A stretch of 64,000 bases of DNA from an uncultured Candidatus Poseidoniales archaeon (GTDB lineage Archaea > Thermoplasmatota > Poseidoniia > Poseidoniales > Thalassarchaeaceae): assembly GCA_964386765.1 (NCBI GenBank), contig CAYLUC010000001.1:4972-68971 (forward strand), given 5' to 3'. Positions 10,289 to 21,100 of the stretch are shown one piece after another. Position 1 is the stretch's first letter. Each line of letters begins with the position of its first letter. Both the position numbers and the translations under genes were made by a program. The notes under the pieces are model-generated. The model was not told where the DNA came from, made no database searches, and saw only the letters and a program-made list of their open reading frames with translations.

Positions 10289-11299
10289 TTATTCCTCCTG
10301 TGTCCTCGCAATCGCCGCGGCTATCCTAGTGGGTCCGGGCATGTAATCCCATTCAGTAGTATGGGGGAAAGGGGTGTCCCATCCCGTAACTCTCTCGATT
10401 GGCGACTCAAGGCTCCAGAAACACCTTTCCTGAATGGAGGCAGCCATTTCAGCTCCAAATCCACTGGTTTTTGGCGCCTCGTGCACAATCACACAACGAC
10501 CCGTCTTGGCAATAGACTTCTCAATTGCGGATTTATCCCAAGGGACAAGAGTTTGGAGATCAATAAGGTCACACGACACACCGCTATCTTTGATCGCCTG
10601 TTCACTAACGTGTACCATGGCACCCCAGGCAATGACCGTGCAAGCATCCCCTTCCATAGCTATGCGAGCTTCACCAAGTGGTATCGAATAGTGGGACTCG
10701 GGAACCTCAGCTTCTGGGTGCCCACCCCATGTTGGCACATTGTGAGGGTCGCCGTAGAACGGCCCTCTGTAGCACCTCTTGGGTTCGAAGAAAATTACTG
10801 GGTCATTGTCTTCAATAGAGCTGATTAGTAGTCCCTTTGCATTGTAGGGTGTGGAGCAATACACAACCTTCAGGCCGGGAGTATGTGTGAATTGAGATTC
10901 TGGAGATTGCGAATGATGATGTCCGCCTCTAATCCCCCCTCCTGCAGGTGTTCTTATTGTCAAGGGGCACCAAAACTCCCCTCCCGATCTGTGCCTCACC
11001 TTAGCGATTTCATTGACAATCTGGTCATAAGCCGGGAAAATGTAGTCTGCAAACTGTATTTCGACAACCGGTCGTAGACCATTTATCCCCATTCCAAATG
11101 CAGTAGCGGCAATTCCCCCCTCAGAGAGGGGGGTGTCAAATACACGGTGTTTTCCGAATTCCTCTTGGAGCCCGTCAGAAGTTCTGAAGACTCCTCCAAA
11201 ATATCCCACATCCTCTCCAAAAATAACTACATTATCGTCATTGGACAGCATTGTCTTAAGTGCATTATTGACAGATTCCACCATGTTCATGTTGGGCAT
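10289..11299 (-). CDS. bkdA2: 2-oxoisovalerate dehydrogenase E1 beta subunit
   Basis: GEDVGYFGGVFR, EIQFADY, GGHHHSQSPE. Confidence 0.92.
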   Translation of the reverse strand: MPNMNMVESVNNALKTMLSNDDNVVIFGEDVGYFGGVFRTSDGLQEEFGKHRVFDTPLSEGGIAATAFGMGINGLRPVVEIQFADYIFPAYDQIVNEIAKVRHRSGGEFWCPLTIRTPAGGGIRGGHHHSQSPESQFTHTPGLKVVYCSTPYNAKGLLISSIEDNDPVIFFEPKRCYRGPFYGDPHNVPTWGGHPEAEVPESHYSIPLGEARIAMEGDACTVIAWGAMVHVSEQAIKDSGVSCDLIDLQTLVPWDKSAIEKSIAKTGRCVIVHEAPKTSGFGAEMAASIQERCFWSLESPIERVTGWDTPFPHTTEWDYMPGPTRIAAAIARTQEE

Positions 11300-12585
11300 T
11301 ATTCATCCCTCCACTTTTTCATTTCATCCCATTGTTCCATTAGGTGCCAAGGCGGGGTTTCGTAGACTTCTGTGAATATGGCATCAGAAGAGGGGTACGG
11401 GCCATTCGCAAGGTCGCCGAATTTCACTGCCTCTTTGTAAGCACTCATGACTTCAGAGTCCAATCTCTCTGATAGATTATTGTGATCTTCCTCTGACCAC
11501 TCCCCAATGCTAATCAGGTGATTTTTCAGCCTCTCGATGGGGTCTCCCCCGGGCCAATGCTCGTTAGCGTCTGCTGGCCTATATCTGGTGGGGTCGTCAC
11601 TGCTGCTGTGGGCACCAGCCCGGTATGTCAGCACTTCTATGTGAGTGGCACCTAGTCCCTTCGAAGCTCTTTCTCTAGCCCACTTAGTTACTGAGAATAA
11701 TGCCAGAAAATCGTTCCCGTCCACTCTGATGCTTGGAATTCCATACGGGATTCCTCGGATGGCGAAATTTTGGAGGCCACTTGCAAAATTGCTATGCGTG
11801 GATATTGCCCATTGGTTATTCACTACATTAAGGATGACGGGGGCCTTGAAAACCCCTGCAAAGTTTAGCGCATAGTGGTAGTCTCCTTCCGCACTCGCCC
11901 CATCTCCTATCCATGTAATGGTAACTTCGTCAAGTTCCTTATACCTGGATGCCAAAGCGACTCCAATTGCTTGACTGAATTGCGTTCCAACCGGACTTGA
12001 AACTGAAATATACCGCCCTTCTTTGTATGTGTAGTGAACAGGCATTTGCCGCCCTTTCACATTGTCCTCCTCGTTTCCAATGCAGTGGCATATCATACTG
12101 ACCATGTCACGTCCCCTGACGAATTGGGCGCCCGGTTGCCGATAAGTCGGGAACAACCAGTCTTGACTCTCAAGGGCCATTGTTTGGGCAATAGCTATCG
12201 CCTCCTCTCCAAAGGACCTCATGTAGAATGATAGCTTACCAGTACGTTGCATTTTCATCATCCGATCATCAAAAATACGTAGTCTGAGCATATGTTCTAG
12301 GCCAAGCCTCATTTCATCTGCAGACAGATTCGGATTCCATTTCCCTGAGGCGCTGTTATCACCGTCCAAGACCCTGACTAAGCCATTCGCATGTTCAGAT
12401 GTTTCCTCTGCGGAGCAATCGACGTTAAGCTTGCCGAGATCTCCCGGTTTCCAAGGCCAATCAGCAAATTCTGCATCGTCTCCAGGCCTGTGTGGGGCAT
12501 CAGGGATGTGCAAGGGGATGTCAGAACCGTCTCCCGCCATGCTACCATCACCCACTACATGCTCATATTGTTTGGCCTTGGTCAA
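11299..12585 (-). CDS. bkdA1: 2-oxoisovalerate dehydrogenase E1 alpha subunit
   Basis: KGRQMPVHY, TPP motif GDGA...NNQWAIS, HSSSDDPTRYR. Confidence 0.92.
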   Translation of the reverse strand: MTKAKQYEHVVGDGSMAGDGSDIPLHIPDAPHRPGDDAEFADWPWKPGDLGKLNVDCSAEETSEHANGLVRVLDGDNSASGKWNPNLSADEMRLGLEHMLRLRIFDDRMMKMQRTGKLSFYMRSFGEEAIAIAQTMALESQDWLFPTYRQPGAQFVRGRDMVSMICHCIGNEEDNVKGRQMPVHYTYKEGRYISVSSPVGTQFSQAIGVALASRYKELDEVTITWIGDGASAEGDYHYALNFAGVFKAPVILNVVNNQWAISTHSNFASGLQNFAIRGIPYGIPSIRVDGNDFLALFSVTKWARERASKGLGATHIEVLTYRAGAHSSSDDPTRYRPADANEHWPGGDPIERLKNHLISIGEWSEEDHNNLSERLDSEVMSAYKEAVKFGDLANGPYPSSDAIFTEVYETPPWHLMEQWDEMKKWRDE

Positions 12586-13621
12586 TCAGCCCCGTTGTAA
12601 GGAAACTCACGGCTGAACCAGTCGACTCCCTAGTTACGACCGGCTCCCCGCCCCTGGCTTCTTCCCAGAGCATTCCCGCTCTGTAACTCGATCTCACTAA
12701 CGGGCCACTGGCCACAGCACTGAAGCCAATTTCCCTGGCTTCCCTGTCCCATTCCGCGAATGAGGATGGTTCTGGAAACCTATCTACTGCGAGGTGCCGA
12801 TCTCCCGGTTGAAGGTATTGGCCCAGTGTAATCATGTCCACTCCAGCAGAATGCAATTTCCTCATGGCATCCGATACCTCATCATCAGTTTCTCCAAGTC
12901 CTACCATGATACTGCTCTTTGTCAGTATGTCTGGCCTAAGCCTCTTGGCCTCAGTTAGAATTGAAATTGACTGCTCAAATGAAGCCCGTGGGTCTCTGAC
13001 TATGGGGTCTAGTCGGGGAACGCACTCCACATTGTGGGCGAAGACATTCAGTGGAAGCCCCTCCAAGAGTAGGGATAGTGACTCCTTGTCTCCATCAAGA
13101 TCAGAACAAAGCAATTCCAAGCCAACATCTGGCGACTTCTCATGTATGGCTTTGATACAGTCCCTGTAATGATTGGCACCCCCGTCAGGAAGGTCATCAC
13201 GATTTACGACTGTGATGACCGCGTGGCTTAGCCCCATCCTACTCACTGCATCAGCCAACGACTCTGGCTCAGTGGGATTCAGAGGGGGCGGTCTCTTTGA
13301 TGTGTCAATGGCACAGAATCTACAGCCTCTGGTACAAACCTCCCCTGCAATCATGAATGTAGCAGTGCCTCTGCCCCAGCAATCGTGAACATTAGGGCAT
13401 CTGGCCTCCTCGCAGACAGTATTCAGGCCATTCTCATTCACACGTGATTTCGTCTCGTTGTACCTGACCTGAGACTCTCCGACTGGCAATGAAGTTTTGA
13501 ACCACTTGGGGAGCCTCTTCCTCTCCCTTATGTTCCTGGACTTTCCCTCTCCAGGAGGGTTCACACCACATCCACATCCGCCATCACGAGCACTCTCGAT
13601 GATTGGAAGGCGAGTCGCCAT
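12563..13621 (-). CDS. lipA: Lipoyl synthase
   Basis: CEEARCPNVHDC (CX4CX5C), CTRGCRFC radical-SAM motif, RSSY. Confidence 0.96.
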   Translation of the reverse strand: MATRLPIIESARDGGCGCGVNPPGEGKSRNIRERKRLPKWFKTSLPVGESQVRYNETKSRVNENGLNTVCEEARCPNVHDCWGRGTATFMIAGEVCTRGCRFCAIDTSKRPPPLNPTEPESLADAVSRMGLSHAVITVVNRDDLPDGGANHYRDCIKAIHEKSPDVGLELLCSDLDGDKESLSLLLEGLPLNVFAHNVECVPRLDPIVRDPRASFEQSISILTEAKRLRPDILTKSSIMVGLGETDDEVSDAMRKLHSAGVDMITLGQYLQPGDRHLAVDRFPEPSSFAEWDREAREIGFSAVASGPLVRSSYRAGMLWEEARGGEPVVTRESTGSAVSFLTTGLIDQGQTI

Positions 13622-13721
13622 CGGTTCTTTCGGATGGAGGTACGAAATTAACCATTCTCATGGGTCTCCCGTGAGTCAACTAAGTACAACCCGTAATAGA
13701 GGGGTGATTCGTCGCGCGTCC

Positions 13722-14483
13722 ATGGCAGGCGGGACAGTAGTTGTCACAGGAGCAGCCACTAGGATAGGTAGAGAGATATCCCTTGCATTGTCTAAGTGCG
13801 GTTTCTCTCTAGCAGTGCACTATTTTTCATCTGAAAATGAGGCCGATAAACTCGTCTCAATAATTCGATCCTCGGGAGGGAAGGCTTCGAGTATCCAATG
13901 CGACCTTTCCAATGCCGAGGCGGTTTCCGGCATCATTTCCAAAGCAGAGTCGTCGTTAGGTCCAGTTATTGGCCTAGTGAACAACGCATCTGTATTCTCC
14001 CATGATGATATTTCCAATGTTTCGGAGACTTCTTGGAATGCGCATATGGATGTTAATGTATTATCTCCAGTGCTCCTAATTTCAGAGCTCGCCAGAAGGA
14101 TCCCGGATGATCAAACCGGCTGCATCGTGAATATTCTAGATCAGAAGATCGCACAGCCAAACCCCGATCATTTGTCATACACTGCCTCCCGATTCGCCAT
14201 GTTGGGAATTACCGAGGCACTGGCTAGGGGTTTGGCCCCTCGAATTAGAGTCAACGCCGTAGCCCCCGGTCACACACTGAAGAGCCGAGAGCAGACTCAA
14301 TCCGGCTTCAATAGGGCTCAATCTGAATCTCCCCTTGGATTCGGTCCAGAACCAATTGATGTTGCCGAGGCGGTCGTTTTCTTGATGCAGGCTAGATCCA
14401 TCACCGGTCAGACTATTTTTGTTGATTCAGGAGAGAGGTTTCTCGCGAGACAAAGAGATGTTTATTTTGAAACGGAGGGATGA
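13722..14483 (+). CDS. SDR oxidoreductase, pteridine reductase/FolM-like
   Basis: VTGAATRIG, LVNNAS, YTASR, RVNAVAPG; start moved to ATG 13722; directly upstream of folB. Confidence 0.85.
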   Translation: MAGGTVVVTGAATRIGREISLALSKCGFSLAVHYFSSENEADKLVSIIRSSGGKASSIQCDLSNAEAVSGIISKAESSLGPVIGLVNNASVFSHDDISNVSETSWNAHMDVNVLSPVLLISELARRIPDDQTGCIVNILDQKIAQPNPDHLSYTASRFAMLGITEALARGLAPRIRVNAVAPGHTLKSREQTQSGFNRAQSESPLGFGPEPIDVAEAVVFLMQARSITGQTIFVDSGERFLARQRDVYFETEG

Positions 14484-14484
14484 A

Positions 14485-14889
14485 ATGAAGTCACACATTG
14501 ATGTCCTAACCGAACTGGTCCGATTGGGGACCAGGGAGTTCACAACCCTATTCTTGGAGAACTCAGTTAGAGAGGTCGATATCGGGGTGCATGAGCACGA
14601 GATTGGAGATCCACAGAGAATATGTTTTGATGTCCATGTTGTGATTGATGGGGCTTCCAAACCAGAGGAAGATGAGATAGACATGGTACTCGATTATGAG
14701 TATCTTTCTTCTTCGATAGACAGGACCATTTCAGCCCGAAGAAGTGCATTGATGGAGACACTCGCATCTGAATTGTTGGACGAGATCATGGCCCCGGGCG
14801 AAATTATTGCTGCCACTGTGTCACTGAAGAAGTTGGATGTTGAGGGAATTGATGGACAACTCGGGTGCTCAATGACCAGAATAAGGTGA
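14485..14889 (+). CDS. folB: Dihydroneopterin aldolase
   Basis: IGVHEHE...PQRI, LDY, LMETLA, terminal K motif; start ATG 14485 after GGAGG. Confidence 0.8.
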   Translation: MKSHIDVLTELVRLGTREFTTLFLENSVREVDIGVHEHEIGDPQRICFDVHVVIDGASKPEEDEIDMVLDYEYLSSSIDRTISARRSALMETLASELLDEIMAPGEIIAATVSLKKLDVEGIDGQLGCSMTRIR

Positions 14890-14890
14890 T

Positions 14891-14976
14891 TGGTGCAGAG
14901 GGCAGGATTTGAACCTGCGAAGCACTATGCACCGGAGCTTAAGTCCGGCCCCTTTGACCAACTCGGGTACCTCTGC
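14891..14976 (-). tRNA. tRNA-Leu(TAA), CCA encoded, no intron
   Basis: Reverse complement GCAGAGG...CCGGA-CTTAAGC-TCCGG...GTTCAAATC...CCTCTGCACCA with long variable arm. Confidence 0.95.
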
Positions 14977-15042
14977 GCCCCTTGAGGGCGGGTTCCCCTC
15001 CTTGAATCGAGCGCTTTGACACCCCCAAGAACTGATACATCA

Positions 15043-15069
15043 CGTGCCCTTAGGGCACGAACGCTTTAA
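15043..15069 (+). promoter_or_regulatory. Palindrome plus BRE/TATA-like element upstream of the 977-aa surface protein
   Basis: CGTGCCCT-T-AGGGCACG (15043-15059) abuts GAACGCTTTAA, about 25 nt upstream of GTG 15094; GAACGCTTTA recurs at 60440. Confidence 0.5.
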
Positions 15070-15093
15070 CGCCACTCCTGTGGGCGACAAGAC

Positions 15094-18027
15094 GTGCATG
15101 AGAGCAGCATAGCGAATGCCCCGTCCCGCAAGTTTCGGCTCGCCCTGATGCTATCATTGCTAATGTTGACTCCCCTGGGAATGGTTCCAGACCACCAGAA
15201 AGAACTCCCAAGTGAAACAATAATGGGGGCTAGCTCAGATGTCCAGCTAAACCTCTACACGATGTATTTCGCTTCCCAGAATTCTTCAGCCGGCGGCGAT
15301 GGATACATTACGACACAAGTCCCGGAATCGGGCGGTCAAGAGTCAATGAGCGCCCTGGATAACAGCATAGAATTCCGAACAAGTCCAATGCTCTCATCAT
15401 TGAGCGTGGCAGGCAGACCAAATCACGGCTCAGGCTCCGGCTCATACTACCTCCCTCTCGGACTCTTCATGAGGGCAACCGGACCAGACACATCTTCCGT
15501 TGAATGGACAATCACCCTCAAGTCCTCTGGAAGCCAGGTGGGATCGGTATCATGGAGCACAGATGCCTGCAATCCGGGATTGACCCAGAGCTGCAGTTTC
15601 GATCATGAGACATTTGAGATAGACCTAGGAAACGATCAATTTTTCTCCATTGAGAAAGATGAGCGTCTCGAGCTGATTATTGACGCAGACATGTCCGGAT
15701 GCGATAGCGGGGGAAGCCCATTCGGCTCCAGCTGCGAGGCGGAAGTGGCATGGAATGAGATTGATGGGGATGATAGATTCAGCACACTCGAGATTGAGGC
15801 CAACGCAATTTCGAACAGTCTAGTACTCCTCCAAAGGGAGGGGGCCGAGCTATCAGAAGGGCCGGAGTTGGAATGGTTCCCAAATGACATCTTGTCTGAG
15901 AGGGTAATGCAGTTCTCATTCGATGTAAAAAGTAGCTTCGGCAGATATGACGTTGACTCGGTCAGACTACTGATGAGGGACCCAGATGGAGTCTACAGAA
16001 TAGATCATGTCATCGATGAAGACGACGAGGAAATAGAAGACACCAGTCAAGGGATATTCGGGGAGTACTTGTGGTCATATCCGAGTGGTATTCCCGCTGG
16101 CGAATACTCCGTAGAGCTGGAGGTTTCAGACATCCAGGGAAACAGCGTCATCATTGAGCACGAGCCAGTGACCATGGAGCAGTGGGGGGTCGCACTCAAC
16201 CACAGATTAGATCGAACCACCGAGTACATAGCACCCGGACAAACAACTCCCGTTCCACTGCAACTTGTCCACAGGGGGGACTCAACAAAATCGATGGATG
16301 TGGAATTGGAGGTTCTCACAAACTTCCCAAGCTCATGGCTACTTGAATTCGACTCACCGGGAGGATACACACTGAATGCGGGAGGGGACATACTGAATCC
16401 GATTCTTACCCTGACTGCACCCGAGGATCTAACTGGTGCCCCTGGTTCAATTGACATTAGGGCGGTTGCCGAGGCAGAGGTCGATGGAGTACTCACCGTG
16501 GTTCACCAAGATACACTGCAGATAGACTTGGAGAAGATCGATGTATATCAGCCTCCACAGGTATCCATTTGGTCCGAAGATCATGACGTACCAATAGCTA
16601 ACTCGTCCCGGCCTGATGACATAGACTCGACAATCCCCAGATATGTGGACTATGATCAGTTCACCCCTTTCTTGCTGGAGATTTTCAATACTGGTTTCGA
16701 TGCAGACACGTTTAGAATCGACGTCCTACAAAGATCGAAGGCTATCATTCACGTCTATGACAACGATACGGGCCAACGAATCTTGGAGGATGAGGGGGAT
16801 GGCACATTCCATACTGCCCTACTCGACCGGCATGACACCCAGGTACTCAGACTCATGATCAAACCCTCAGCCGACAGGGAGGATCCCGACATAGGACCTG
16901 TCGAGATCGAGGTCGTAAGCTCTGGAAACGCTTCCCTCAGGTCAACAGTTCTATTCACCATCCAACGAACTTTTGGAATTAGGGCCGAGGTTTCTTACGA
17001 TTGTGACGGATCCCCGCTCGGCCACATCAGGGTAACGCTCTGTTCTCCCGGGGATGGGAACGCGGAAGTCACCCTAAGGGCCAAGATTACGAATACCATG
17101 ACATCAGGCGAGTCCGCAACTTGGTGGAGGATCCAGAATCCCGCTTCTCTAGAAGAAAACACCGATAGAGACAGTAAATACGGACAATGGCAATTCAGAA
17201 TCGAGGATGACTCTGGTAATGCCATTCCCCGTGTCTCTCTCGCACCGGGGGATGAGACGGAGGTTTTCGTAACCATAACTCTGACCAATCAAGTCGAGTT
17301 CGGAAACCATACCGTTTATCTCAGAATTATCGAAGACACCACCGACTCAGATGCCAAATATTTTGATTTGCCAATGGTATTCGAGATAGACCCCGATGAC
17401 CCCAACCTGGAAATCGTCCAGGTCACCCCAAACCGGCTTCTCGTCCCGGGTGAGTCGTATCCCATTCAGATGAAGGTCAAGAACCTTGGAAATAGCCCCC
17501 TTACCGTCCTCCTTGAGGCAGAGGTCGAAGGTACAGGATGGTCAGTTGATATCGATGGCCCTTCGGGTTCAGTTCTGATAGTTCTAGAGGCATTTGACGA
17601 GGTAACATTCGTTCTGGACGTAAATGTCCCCGAATCTGCCAACAACGGCGAGGAGGTGGATGTTGTGGTCACAGCAACTCCCTTCGACACGCAGCAGAGT
17701 TGGCCTGATGACGCCACCGCAGAAAAGACAGTGGTAATGAGGGTGGGGATTTCTTCACTGATCGACAGATTGGTGAACGAGATCACGCACCCTAGGATGT
17801 CGACATACATTGTCGGGCTAGTGGCAGCAATGCTCCTAATCGCAGGCATACAGGGCGCAATGAACAGGAGGAGGTGGAAGGCACACATGGCATATCTGGA
17901 TGCTATTTCCAGTGAATCAGATGAAGATTTTGAGGAAGAAGATGACGACGATTTGCCCGCACCTGTGGTGGCGATCGAAGAGGAAGAGCCGGACGTATAC
18001 GAGGACGACGACATTGAACTAGTCTGA
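15094..18027 (+). CDS. Large membrane-anchored surface protein with tandem Ig-like (NEW3/CARDB-like) domains
   Basis: Signal-like N-terminus, acidic beta-rich repeats (VxNxGN motifs), C-terminal TM followed by RRR and an acidic tail. Confidence 0.75.
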   Translation: MHESSIANAPSRKFRLALMLSLLMLTPLGMVPDHQKELPSETIMGASSDVQLNLYTMYFASQNSSAGGDGYITTQVPESGGQESMSALDNSIEFRTSPMLSSLSVAGRPNHGSGSGSYYLPLGLFMRATGPDTSSVEWTITLKSSGSQVGSVSWSTDACNPGLTQSCSFDHETFEIDLGNDQFFSIEKDERLELIIDADMSGCDSGGSPFGSSCEAEVAWNEIDGDDRFSTLEIEANAISNSLVLLQREGAELSEGPELEWFPNDILSERVMQFSFDVKSSFGRYDVDSVRLLMRDPDGVYRIDHVIDEDDEEIEDTSQGIFGEYLWSYPSGIPAGEYSVELEVSDIQGNSVIIEHEPVTMEQWGVALNHRLDRTTEYIAPGQTTPVPLQLVHRGDSTKSMDVELEVLTNFPSSWLLEFDSPGGYTLNAGGDILNPILTLTAPEDLTGAPGSIDIRAVAEAEVDGVLTVVHQDTLQIDLEKIDVYQPPQVSIWSEDHDVPIANSSRPDDIDSTIPRYVDYDQFTPFLLEIFNTGFDADTFRIDVLQRSKAIIHVYDNDTGQRILEDEGDGTFHTALLDRHDTQVLRLMIKPSADREDPDIGPVEIEVVSSGNASLRSTVLFTIQRTFGIRAEVSYDCDGSPLGHIRVTLCSPGDGNAEVTLRAKITNTMTSGESATWWRIQNPASLEENTDRDSKYGQWQFRIEDDSGNAIPRVSLAPGDETEVFVTITLTNQVEFGNHTVYLRIIEDTTDSDAKYFDLPMVFEIDPDDPNLEIVQVTPNRLLVPGESYPIQMKVKNLGNSPLTVLLEAEVEGTGWSVDIDGPSGSVLIVLEAFDEVTFVLDVNVPESANNGEEVDVVVTATPFDTQQSWPDDATAEKTVVMRVGISSLIDRLVNEITHPRMSTYIVGLVAAMLLIAGIQGAMNRRRWKAHMAYLDAISSESDEDFEEEDDDDLPAPVVAIEEEEPDVYEDDDIELV

Positions 18028-18109
18028 TAACTAGCGAGTCATTGTCCGAACGACGCTCCATTCCTCTTAAGTGCCCTACTTTGCGCCCAACTACAAGGGG
18101 TAGCGTAGC

Positions 18110-21100
18110 ATGAGCTCATTTAGTCAATCTACTGATGCCCGTCCGGATAGTCTCTCCAAGAGAAGGTCCGCCATACTTTTCTCTGTTCTAATGATGCTCT
18201 CATCCTACTCCGCACTGGAGTTTGCTTCGTGGGAAGCATTGGCTTCCACGGACCAGGACGGGGATGGACTGACGTACGGACTTGAGTTCTACATCAATAC
18301 ACAGCCACAGGACTGGGATACGGACAATGACGGCCTCCCAGACGGGTGGGAGTGGCAGTACGGACTGAATCCGCTTTCCCCCTCAGGGGACAATGGTTCG
18401 ACAGGAGATCCCGATGGCGACTCCCTCTCCAACCTGAATGAGTTCATGTTTGGAATGCCCTCCAACTGGGACTCCACAAATACGCCAAATGAGCTTGATA
18501 ATGGTGTATGGTGGAATGGAACGGTTCCAGTTAGCAATTGGGATGAGGAGAGCGCTATGCAACTTATCCAGGGTCTTGGTTCCGATGGTGCCGATGAAGA
18601 TCCATGGGGGAATATTTGCTTCAACACATTCGACGACGATAAGGATGGTATGGTGGACAATTTTGACAACGATGGTGATGGCGACTCTAACTGCACCAGC
18701 GACGACGATGACGGTGACGGGGCCATAGACGAGGACCCCAATGGATGGGACACAGATGGCGATGGAATGCCTGATGGGTGGGAGGTAGCGAATGGCCTGG
18801 ATCCAACATCACGCACAAATCAAGACGGAGCCTTTGGCGATCCCGATGGAGATGGACTAGTCAACTTGAAGGAGTTCGTAAATCCTGCATGGGGGACTAG
18901 GAATGGAACAACAACTCCTCCCACTCAGTATTTCCGCCCAGGCCCCCTGAGTATGACGGCCACTGAATCTCCTTGCAATCCCGTTCTGCAACTAGGACCT
19001 GGGGGGTGCCAAATTTTCACGGCAGAGGTAGATGGGATCACATCCACTGACCCACAGTCCAATGACACTGATGGAGATGGACTAAACGACTCCTACGAGG
19101 CACTCGTTCTACTGACGGATCCAACATCCCCTGACACGGATGGCGATGGAATCGGCGACGGAGTTGAGGTGAACGGCCAGTATGGGGACCCCCCTCTGGC
19201 AAGCGATCCACGTAACAACAATACTGATGGCGATCAGTTCGACGATGGTGAGGAAGACCTCAATGGAAATGGGGTCGTCGATGAGAATGAGACGGATCCG
19301 ACTAGAATCGAAGATGACGGTGACTTCGACGACGATGGAATTCCGAATTGGGAGGAAAATATGACATGCACCCTGTGGAACGTCGCCGACACCGATGGGG
19401 GTGGCATTAATGATGGCTCGGAACTTGATCCGTCCCATGCCACGAATCCATGCACATCAATGCAAACATTGAATCTGTCCATAGTCGACTTCGACGCAAC
19501 TAACATGATACTCACATTGAATGAAACTTCCTCACTCGATCCCACCCCGGAGGATTGGAGGCAGAATGGCGAGCCGATGGGGTTCTATGTGTCATCGACT
19601 AACGGCAGTCTCACTGGCTTCAGGTTCACCTCTATCAACGGAGACTCATTGAGGGGCGTCGATACTGACAAGCCCCCTGATGCAACAACGGTATTGTTCG
19701 TGAACTTCTCTTGGTGTTGGGACCAGTCTCTCGGACTTTCCAATGATCCAATATGCGATGACGACTATTTTGACACTGATGGCGATGGCCTAGCTGATTG
19801 GGAGGAATCAACGGGGAGCTTCGGATTCTTGTCCGACTGGAATATGTCTGATACTGACGGAGACGGTGTGAATGACTTGGATGAGATTCTCAACCAGACC
19901 GACCCTAGCAACCCATGTGACAACCTTCTGGATACTGACGGAGACGGGCTAAACAATTACTTCGAGAACACAACTGTCTGTCTGGTCGCCTTCGGGAGCC
20001 TCGGTGGAAATGGTACGACTGACACTTACTTCACACTGTGGAATGAATCCGACACCGACAACGGGGGTGTGACGGACTTCCAAGAGTATCTAGATGGCAC
20101 CAACCCCCAGAATAACCCCAATGATGACCTTAATCCAGTAGATACCGACGGAGACGGTATTCCCGATACTATTGAGAATGCCACGGGAACTGATTGGAGG
20201 GATCCGGACACTGATGGGGGAGGTATTCCAGACGGCCAAGAGTGCACATCAGAATTCTGGGACATGAATTGCCTCAATGCCGATGGAAACCCATGGGACC
20301 CTACTGATGACATTGACCCCAATATGATGTTCTTCGAGGCAATGAACACCTCAGTGGGCGTGGACCCCAACATAACTCACTACTGGAGGTGGCATACCTA
20401 TGACTTCTACACGGGAATATCATGGGGAGTAAACACCAGCCTCGTGGGGAACACGCAGATGTTTCCCGGATTCTCAACGACACAGGGAGTCGCCGATCAA
20501 CAGTTCTGGGACGGTTCGGAAGTACTGGGCTGGGAGATCTCACTGGAATCAGGCGCACTAATTTTCCCAGGAGAGGAGATAATAGCCCCTCATAATGCAG
20601 TCAACTACACTGGATGGACCGATGCCAATGCCGGCCTAAATTTCTCGAACTTCACGAGAGACGTAATAGTGGATGGTGCGACCATAGACACTTTGTTCAT
20701 TACCGCCCCACAAGTCCTGATTACGCAGGCAATCAGAGACAACACCACCGAGTTTTCCAATAGTACGTATGCCACAGACTTGCCAAGCGAATTCTTGGAT
20801 AAGGGGAACAAGGCAGCATTCGTCAACGCAATTACAACCACCATCATCAATGAATCGGGGGCGTTCTCTGCTTGGGATAGGGTCTCAGCAATACAAGACT
20901 TCATCATTAATGGCAACTCCACAACCACTTTCCTAAGAAATCACAATGGCACCGAAGTGGGCTTTGTTGACGATGAAGACGACCTGTCATTCTGGATGCT
21001 GAATAACTCTCTGGAGGGGGATTGTGATCAGTTCAGCTCTCTCTTTGCAGTGATGCTCAGATCCGCTGGAATCCCGGCTCGCAAGGTCACCGGTTTCTCA

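Noticed and set aside
18240-20320. Repetitive GAYACNGAYGGNGAYGG-like DNA as a tandem repeat or array
   Set aside because: The repeats are degenerate at synonymous positions and encode DxDxDG protein motifs
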